Shown: positions 57,374-64,000 of the stretch, piece after piece | How positions within the stretch are numbered: the first letter of the stretch is position 1 | Layout: the number at the start of each line of letters is the position of its first letter | Source of the DNA: a virus | DNA: 64,000 nt | Direction: 5' to 3' (one strand) | IMG/VR virus record: IMGVR_UViG_3300029258_001887 | Translations under genes and position numbers: made by a program | The notes under the pieces: generated by a model | Told to the model about the DNA's origin: nothing | Database searches by the model: none | What the model saw: the letters and a program-made list of their open reading frames with translations, nothing else

Positions 57374-60300
57374 TGGCTCACCTATATCCAAGTAATTTGA
57401 GAGTTTATCATCCACTCGATTCTTTAACTGATTCTCAATCTAATGTTTGGTCAATCGACACAGGAACACCAGATTTTTCTAATAGTGGTGTAATTGACAG
57501 TGGCATGCTTACTGTTAATAGCAATGATTATATTAAGATTGCATCTACTTATGGCGGTATTAGTGGAACTCAGTCTATCACAGTTTGTGGTTGGGTAAAA
57601 AATAATGCTAGTGCCACACACCATTATCATTATCCGTTTTGTTTTTCATCTGATGGTTTTGGTGACTTAGATGCTATTGGTTGGGGTTTATTAAGTGGTT
57701 CTGATAAATTAACCATATATCAAAATGCAGGCATTCATCAGACGTCTTATGCTAGACCAACCGATAGTGATTGGCATTTTATAGTAGTGGATGTTAGAAA
57801 AAATGGTTCATTAGCCGAATGCCGTGTGTCAGTCGATGGAAGTGGTTGGTCTTCTCCATTTACTTGGACATGGGCAAACTGGGGAGCATCTTCTCAGGCG
57901 TGGATAATAGTTCAGAATAATCAAACTCATGATTTATATACTGATGAAGTAGCTTGGTGGATTGGTAACGATTTATTTACTTCTGATGAATTATTAAATT
58001 TATATCAATTGGGTGCAGTGCATGAAGTTGGTTTGGATCAATATTCCAATCAAAATCCAGAGACAGTTAGTTCGTCTGGTGATTTGTATATTAATGGATA
58101 TTCTACTATAGGAATTACATATCAAGCTTCAGGGGATTTGTTTTCTATTGGTAACTTGTCTTACTCCAGTTCAGGTGATTTATATATCAATGCTTTTGGA
58201 TCTACTAATACAACTTGTGATTTATTTATCAATGGTAGTCCAGAGAATGTTTTTGGCATAAATACAAATTGTGATTTGTTTATTCATGGTTATACCGATT
58301 ATGCAAACTCAGGTGATCTATATGTTCAGGGTGTGTATGTTGAAAATAATAGCGCTAATTGTTATATGTTCGGATCTTATTTTGCTCCACAAATTAAATT
58401 GTTCTGGGGCGAAGCTGATACAGATGTTATTAAATTTTATGATTTATTGACTGGGCAAACTTCTACTATTGTAGACACAAATATTAACTATCCTGTAGCA
58501 ATGGAAGTAGATTATGTCGATAGAAAATTGTATTGGATAGACTATGGAACTGATCAGCTTAAAAAAAGCAACTTTGATGGTTCTGATATAGAAGTAATTG
58601 TAGAAGATGTTGGCGATATACCATATGGTTTAGCATTAGATCAAACAAATAGAAAAGTATATTATCCTGATAGAAATGCTGGAGATATCTATGTTGTTAA
58701 TATGGATGGATCTAATCATATTAAAGTAGCTAGTGGTCAATCTAGTCCAGCGGGTATAGCTGTTGATGAAATTAATTCTAAATTATACTGGACTGAAAGA
58801 GTTGAAAATGGATCTTTAAAGAGATCTGATCTTGATGGTAATAATTCTGAATATTTAATATCTGGATCATTATCATATCCATCACCGTTAGCAATTTATA
58901 ATAATCATATCTATTGGTCAAATTATGGTTTTGCTGGTGTTGGAGCTACTATTGAACGGTCAAATCTAGATGGGTCTGACCAAACTACAATTATACCAAG
59001 TGGAACATTAATCGACGTTACATATGGTTTGAAAATAGATAGTTTGAACCAAAAAATGTATATTGGTGATTGGAATCTTGACTATTTGGCTAGAGCCAAT
59101 TGTGATGGTACTGATTTTGAGGTGTTGATAAGTGGTGCTGCTGGTTCATTCGGTCCACAAGGTATAGCAATTTATTCAGAATCTCAATTACCAGAATGTT
59201 ATATATCTGGTAAGGATTCTAAGCAAGCAAGTGTCAATTTGTTTTTGTATTGTGAAACTGTTGCATCGGGGGATTTGTTTATAGAGGGTTTTGCATTATC
59301 GGGTGCATCTGGTGATCTATTTACTAGAGGCTATTCAGATATTCAGATATCGGGCAATTTGTTCACCCAAGGTATGAACCAGCTTGCTGTTTCTGGCGAT
59401 CTGGTGATTGCTGGCCATACTATCGCTAGCAGTAACGTCAACCTATACCTAGCTAATATTGGTAGCCATGCGGCTTCTGGCAATTTCTACATAAATGGCT
59501 TTAGCGAGATTGCTACATCAGGTGATTTGTTCATTCGTAGCCATGATCAATTTGTTGCTACTGGAGATTTGTTCGTAGGTGGTTATGTGAATATTCAAGC
59601 ATCTGGCGACCTATATACTTGTGGTCATATATCGGCAGAAGCATCTGGCGATTTGTATACCCATGGACACACGACAACCAGTAAATCTGGGGCGTTATTT
59701 ATCGCTGGTGGCCAAGATTTGTTGCTGTATATCTGCGGGTCTTCAACAGCTTATGAGCATTCTGCTTCCGGCGATCTATTCCTGCACGGCGACGAAGAAG
59801 CATCTGCATCCGGGGATTTGTTTATTCATGGCTATACGACGACTTCGGGTCGATGTAGCCTGATTACTTATGGTCATGATACTCCGACTCTTTACATCTA
59901 TGGACATGTTGTAGCATCTGGATTACTTAATCTATTCGTGGTCGGAGACGACGACCGAACAGCCCAGAGAGATTTGTACACTGCTGGTCACGAATCAATA
60001 GTAGGTTCCGGTGATTTGTTTGTACATGGCATTTACGCGGATACGGCCCGCATCGATTTGTTCATGAGCAGCCCAGAACCATCATCTGGAAACCACGATC
60101 TGTTCGTTCATGGTGTTGCTCCGGCTTCGGGTGCTTCTGGTGGCCTAGCTAAGCCAATTGACTGGCTCTTGAGAGCAGCAGATCACCATCCACAAATCAT
60201 CGGAACCTTCGAAACACCGGCCAATCTGGTCAATATTCAGGTGTGGGATATCACCAACGGAGAGAACACCCCCGTCTCTGTTGCGTCGAGCGGCTGCTAC

Positions 60301-60489
60301 CAAATTGGAAACACGGGTAGATGGGGATGGTCAACAGCGAACCTGCCGACTGTCTACGGGCACGCACGGCAATACTTCTACATCATGACTTCGGATGCTA
60401 CGGAAACATTTGATGGACAGTTTTTCATGGATACACCAGAGGGTGCGAAATGGGTTCACCCAAGGGGCCGTGGGGATTACTTGGTATAG
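57373..60489 (+). CDS. large virion protein: LamG-like domain, SGDLFIxG repeats, YWTD propeller, C-terminal 'SGC' domain
   Basis: ITVCGWV..WHFIVV..DEVAWW; more than 20 SGDL(F/Y)-type repeats of about 14 aa; AT-rich 5' two-thirds. Confidence 0.8.
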   Translation: MAHLYPSNLRVYHPLDSLTDSQSNVWSIDTGTPDFSNSGVIDSGMLTVNSNDYIKIASTYGGISGTQSITVCGWVKNNASATHHYHYPFCFSSDGFGDLDAIGWGLLSGSDKLTIYQNAGIHQTSYARPTDSDWHFIVVDVRKNGSLAECRVSVDGSGWSSPFTWTWANWGASSQAWIIVQNNQTHDLYTDEVAWWIGNDLFTSDELLNLYQLGAVHEVGLDQYSNQNPETVSSSGDLYINGYSTIGITYQASGDLFSIGNLSYSSSGDLYINAFGSTNTTCDLFINGSPENVFGINTNCDLFIHGYTDYANSGDLYVQGVYVENNSANCYMFGSYFAPQIKLFWGEADTDVIKFYDLLTGQTSTIVDTNINYPVAMEVDYVDRKLYWIDYGTDQLKKSNFDGSDIEVIVEDVGDIPYGLALDQTNRKVYYPDRNAGDIYVVNMDGSNHIKVASGQSSPAGIAVDEINSKLYWTERVENGSLKRSDLDGNNSEYLISGSLSYPSPLAIYNNHIYWSNYGFAGVGATIERSNLDGSDQTTIIPSGTLIDVTYGLKIDSLNQKMYIGDWNLDYLARANCDGTDFEVLISGAAGSFGPQGIAIYSESQLPECYISGKDSKQASVNLFLYCETVASGDLFIEGFALSGASGDLFTRGYSDIQISGNLFTQGMNQLAVSGDLVIAGHTIASSNVNLYLANIGSHAASGNFYINGFSEIATSGDLFIRSHDQFVATGDLFVGGYVNIQASGDLYTCGHISAEASGDLYTHGHTTTSKSGALFIAGGQDLLLYICGSSTAYEHSASGDLFLHGDEEASASGDLFIHGYTTTSGRCSLITYGHDTPTLYIYGHVVASGLLNLFVVGDDDRTAQRDLYTAGHESIVGSGDLFVHGIYADTARIDLFMSSPEPSSGNHDLFVHGVAPASGASGGLAKPIDWLLRAADHHPQIIGTFETPANLVNIQVWDITNGENTPVSVASSGCYQIGNTGRWGWSTANLPTVYGHARQYFYIMTSDATETFDGQFFMDTPEGAKWVHPRGRGDYLV

Positions 60490-60500
60490 CAGGTGATGAG

Positions 60501-60814
60501 ATGAATAAACAAGAATTTGAAACACAAGCTAGTGACCTTGGCTATGATGGTCCATAACGCTCGTAACCATGCAGGTGTTGGATATCACCAACGGGGCAAA
60601 CACAGCCCTCGTTTTGGCGTCTAGTGGATGCTACCAGATTGGTAATACCGACTGTTGGGCTTGGTCCACAGAGCATCTACCAAACCACTACAGCGGACAT
60701 CTCTACTACCAGATGACTTCGGACGCAGGGGAAATCTTCTGGGGACAGGCTGTGTTCGTCACAGAAGGCCAAAGATGGAAGCACCCAGAGAGTAGGAGTA
60801 CGTACATCCGTTAG
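60501..60814 (+). pseudogene. apparently internally deleted virion gene (short N-terminus plus truncated 'SGC' domain)
   Basis: MNKQEFETQASDLGYDGP* overlaps, out of frame, ..TLVTMQVLDITNGANT..SSGCYQIG. Confidence 0.5.
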
Positions 60815-60822
60815 GAGTAGTC

Positions 60823-61413
60823 ATGGCAAGTGAAAGTGGAAATCTCGGATTTTTCATCAATGGCTACGAGCCGAAGCCAGCCCTTGCTTGTCCTGCGCTC
60901 GATGCCACAGCGTCTATCCAGATTAAAGACTCGCTGATTATAATTTACCAGTCGCGTATCGACGCCCTGATCAACCAACTTGGGAAAAACGTGTACCTTG
61001 AATTTACTCCTATCCGCGAGCCATGTCCAAACTGTGAGTACGATACCATGAGAAAGCGTTCGACAGGGGTGTATAAAGCAGGTGGACCAAGGCCGTTTGC
61101 TCGTAGCCGTAAGTGCCCATATTGCAAGGGTCGTGGTTTTACCGAAACGCCGGTCAACAAATGCATCAAGTGTCTGATTAAGTGGAATCCAGAAGACGCC
61201 AAGGATTACGGTATCTCGGTTTCTAAGACGGGTGGGATTGTGCGGCTCAAGACCTATCTGACAGAAGCCGATGATCTATCGAGGGCACAGACGGTGATTG
61301 TTAATCACGATATTGTCAGTCAGATGAAGCTGAAGGTTAAATTGGTGCAGGGGCCGATTCCTGTTGGATTGCGGGAAGATCGGTACTGCATCAGTTTTTG
61401 GGAGTTGATCTAA
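60823..61413 (+). CDS. putative head-closure/neck protein with Zn finger
   Basis: CPNC..CPYCKGRG; position. Confidence 0.6.
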   Translation: MASESGNLGFFINGYEPKPALACPALDATASIQIKDSLIIIYQSRIDALINQLGKNVYLEFTPIREPCPNCEYDTMRKRSTGVYKAGGPRPFARSRKCPYCKGRGFTETPVNKCIKCLIKWNPEDAKDYGISVSKTGGIVRLKTYLTEADDLSRAQTVIVNHDIVSQMKLKVKLVQGPIPVGLREDRYCISFWELI

Positions 61414-62115
61414 ATGGCCAAGATTATATTCAACGTACAACCTACTGCAAAGACCATGGTTCAGTTGGCCAAGGGGGTTAAGCGAGAGGGGTCTCGCATC
61501 TGGGCTGGGCGAGCAATGGCCCAGGCGGCTACTGTCAGCAAAGAAATTGGCAACATGCTGGTTAAAGTCTTCAATGAGACTCAAGTAGCGAAAGCCCTTC
61601 GTGGGCAGGGGGGAACTGATTTGCCTGCTCATCTCGGTCTGGATGACAGTACGGCCAATTCATTGGCTGATGGGATGGCGGGATTGCTTCGGACTTCTGT
61701 CCGCTTGATGAGTAAGAGCGCCGGTGGCGGTGCGGTTTCGGTTCGAATTCAGGCGGTAGAAGACAATTGGAATGAATACCTTGGATTGCCGGGTGCCCAG
61801 TACATATCACAACCATCCAATATTACCATCCCGGTTGCGAGGTGGCTGTTGGTTGATCCGAGTATCGACATTGGTCAGGCGGCGTATGATATTGTTTTCA
61901 GAGGGGAAAGCGAAAAGTTCGACGTAAGGATACAGAAGGTATCTCGTAGTGGGCGAGCAATTATGGTGTCATTGAAGGCATTGGGAGGTAGCGGTGGATA
62001 CGTATTGCCAGCTATCATATCTGGACAGGCGGGCCAGAACTTTATTGAATACGCATTGGGACAACCCAGCGTTGCCGTGGAAGCTGCGACGATACTGATG
62101 AAGAAGGTGAGATAA
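61414..62115 (+). CDS. putative neck/tail-completion protein
   Basis: Position; SRSGRAIM motif. Confidence 0.5.
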   Translation: MAKIIFNVQPTAKTMVQLAKGVKREGSRIWAGRAMAQAATVSKEIGNMLVKVFNETQVAKALRGQGGTDLPAHLGLDDSTANSLADGMAGLLRTSVRLMSKSAGGGAVSVRIQAVEDNWNEYLGLPGAQYISQPSNITIPVARWLLVDPSIDIGQAAYDIVFRGESEKFDVRIQKVSRSGRAIMVSLKALGGSGGYVLPAIISGQAGQNFIEYALGQPSVAVEAATILMKKVR

Positions 62116-63047
62116 TGGCTCTAGATTTCAAAGGAGCAAACGAAGGAGGTTTTGGCGGCTATGAGTTGACCGATCAGCTTCAGTACAATCTGAAGTGGTT
62201 CCTTGATTGGGGCCTTTTGAACCGTGGTGCCTATAGCATCTACGAATATGACTCCGAAAGCTGGTATGACGACGATGAATCGAAACTACATGTTGTCCCG
62301 GATGAGCGGTATGAACAGGGCCGCGTTTGGGAAGGGGCAGGACGCGAATGGGTGTGGGAGAGTGGTGTTTCGCTTGGCAGCGGTGCGGTCGATCCATTCC
62401 GTGTCTCGGGGGTCTACATCGATGGTGATTTCTACGCGAACGACTCCGAAGGCATCTATGCCCACCATATCGATTATCTGAATGGTCGTATCATCTTCGA
62501 TGAGCCGAAGAGCGCTGACGACGACATCCGGGCTGAGTATACCCGCCGATCCGTACACGTTGGATTCGCCGATGACCCAGACTTCAGACTGATGATGCTG
62601 AACGCCGTGGAAGAATTCCTCTCTGACGCTTCTACGTCGGGCACACCTGCCAGGGAGCATCAGATTTGGCTACCCAGCATCTTCATCGAGGTACAGACGG
62701 GCAAGCAGCGGGGCTGGCAACTTGGCGGTGGGCAGATAAAAACAAGGTACGTGATTTTTCACATTTTCGCCGACAATCCACAGGATCGTAACTTGCTGAT
62801 GGACTGGCTGGATTATCAGACCCGGAGCACGTTCTGGATGGCCGATCTTAACAATATCACCTTCCCATTTGATGCATATGGCGATATTGTGGATGGGGTG
62901 ACCAACTGGCCTGCTATGGTATCTGCCCATCCATGGAAGCGTTTGAGGGTCATAGAGGGTACTTCAGCAACACTAAATTCGTTGAATTCTCAATTATTCA
63001 GGGCTCGTGTGACCTGGGAGGTTGAGATAGATTTCGGCGGTATCTAA
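62115..63047 (+). CDS. putative tail terminator/neck protein
   Basis: LPSIFIE..WQLGGG..FHIFA..RN..D; precedes the tail tube gene. Confidence 0.6.
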   Translation: MALDFKGANEGGFGGYELTDQLQYNLKWFLDWGLLNRGAYSIYEYDSESWYDDDESKLHVVPDERYEQGRVWEGAGREWVWESGVSLGSGAVDPFRVSGVYIDGDFYANDSEGIYAHHIDYLNGRIIFDEPKSADDDIRAEYTRRSVHVGFADDPDFRLMMLNAVEEFLSDASTSGTPAREHQIWLPSIFIEVQTGKQRGWQLGGGQIKTRYVIFHIFADNPQDRNLLMDWLDYQTRSTFWMADLNNITFPFDAYGDIVDGVTNWPAMVSAHPWKRLRVIEGTSATLNSLNSQLFRARVTWEVEIDFGGI

Positions 63048-63105
63048 GCCGTGTGGTGTATAAAAGAGTGGTTGGATAGTTTCTTTGTGAAAGGGGGAGT
63101 GACCT

Positions 63106-64000
63106 GTGGCAACAAATAACAGGATTTTCTACGCGATCCAGGCGCTTGGGTTTGCGGAACACGGCGTGACCGGTTCCGGTGCTACGAGCCTATATGAGCC
63201 GTCTGGATTTCGGACTGCACATGGTGTGCAGAGTGTGGGCTTGAATACCACGTTCAATCTTGAGCAGGTGTTCGAGCTTGGTCAGTTGGAGCTTTACGAG
63301 AATATTGAGGGTATTCCTGATATCGAGTTGACGGCCCAGAAGGTGCTGGACGGTTATCCGTTGCTGTACCATCTGGCGACTCCGGGCGCTACGTCGGCGA
63401 CCCTGGTTGGCCGTTCCAACGAGCGATGTTTTGCGGCCCTCAATATCTACCCGGACACGTTCGACAATGCGTCTGGAACACCGCTGCAATCGGTCGGCAT
63501 GTCTGGTATGTATGTCTCGGCTTTGACTTATACGTTGAACGTCGAGGGGAGTTCCACAGAGGACGTTACGATGGTCGGAAACAACAAGGAATGGGTAGCT
63601 AGTGGTCTGACCCACTTTGCACCTTCCGTGTTTGATGGTTCCGACGAGCCGATGTCGCTGGCTGCATCTGGTGGTGTCGCGCAGCGTGAAAACATCCTGA
63701 TGGGCTCTGGATGTTCAATGAACAGCGCTGGTGTCATTACGGGTGTTAGCGGGAGCATCTGGCCAACAGAAATTGATGGTATCGATGCCAACGGGTGGAA
63801 CCTGGAGTCGGCAGGTTCTTATTCTGCTCACCTTCAAACGGTAACGGTTTCTACAGACCTTGGCCGAGAGGAACTGTTCGAACTGGGTCGTCGTGGTCCG
63901 TATCACCGGTTCGTTTCGTTCCCAACCGAGGTTACCTGTGCGATTGATACTACATCGTCTGAGGGTGACCTGATTGATGCCCTGGCCGATCCGGTCGGTG
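63106..64000 (+). CDS. major tail (tube) protein, runs off window edge
   Basis: GTG start, MATNNRIFYAIQ..HGVQSVGLNTTFNLEQVFELGQLELYENIEG; GGTGTATAAA at 63055. Confidence 0.7.
   Translation, partial: MATNNRIFYAIQALGFAEHGVTGSGATSLYEPSGFRTAHGVQSVGLNTTFNLEQVFELGQLELYENIEGIPDIELTAQKVLDGYPLLYHLATPGATSATLVGRSNERCFAALNIYPDTFDNASGTPLQSVGMSGMYVSALTYTLNVEGSSTEDVTMVGNNKEWVASGLTHFAPSVFDGSDEPMSLAASGGVAQRENILMGSGCSMNSAGVITGVSGSIWPTEIDGIDANGWNLESAGSYSAHLQTVTVSTDLGREELFELGRRGPYHRFVSFPTEVTCAIDTTSSEGDLIDALADPVG

Noticed and set aside
55254-60814. Diversity-generating retroelement TR/VR pair among the repeated C-terminal domains
   Set aside because: The copies differ at all base types rather than only at adenines, and no reverse transcriptase is in the window

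Overview
This window is a 64-kb piece of a large tailed-phage genome. The host is probably a planctomycete, possibly Phycisphaerae; this is inferred from two 'FDLEATRRE' proteins, the Ubl/E2 family type and a CG-TM-RR sorted surface protein. There are four transcription blocks. (1) 1-22.1 kb, minus strand: small accessory genes, including a complete ubiquitin-like conjugation cassette (Ubl, E2 fused to a Cys-rich array, JAB/MPN peptidase, ThiF/E1), a radical SAM gene broken by one amber codon, an atypical tRNA-Glu and an adjacent candidate pseudoknotted RNA. Its right end (about 17.8-22.4 kb) carries consensus sigma70 promoters and roughly 100 polar copies (counted by eye) of the 9-mer GTCCGATAA, which run through intergenic and coding DNA alike. 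(2) 22.6-31.2 kb, plus strand, and (3) 31.4-39.3 kb, minus strand, converge. Both start from a shared CGAACA-N17-TATAAT promoter and encode a DEDDh exonuclease, collagen-like surface protein, ATP-grasp, nucleotidyltransferase, Nudix, MazG, ClpP, CYTH-kinase and DNA methyltransferase. (4) 39.4-64 kb, plus strand, late module with GGTGTATAA promoters: sigma-like factor, terminase, portal, protease/scaffold, capsid, YWTD/LamG virion proteins, neck and tail tube. A glycosyltransferase, Gmd and an FkbM methyltransferase are embedded in this module, and the structural proteins are Ser-Gly-rich. Several intact and deleted homing endonucleases are scattered throughout. All calls come from motif recognition by eye; no searches were run.
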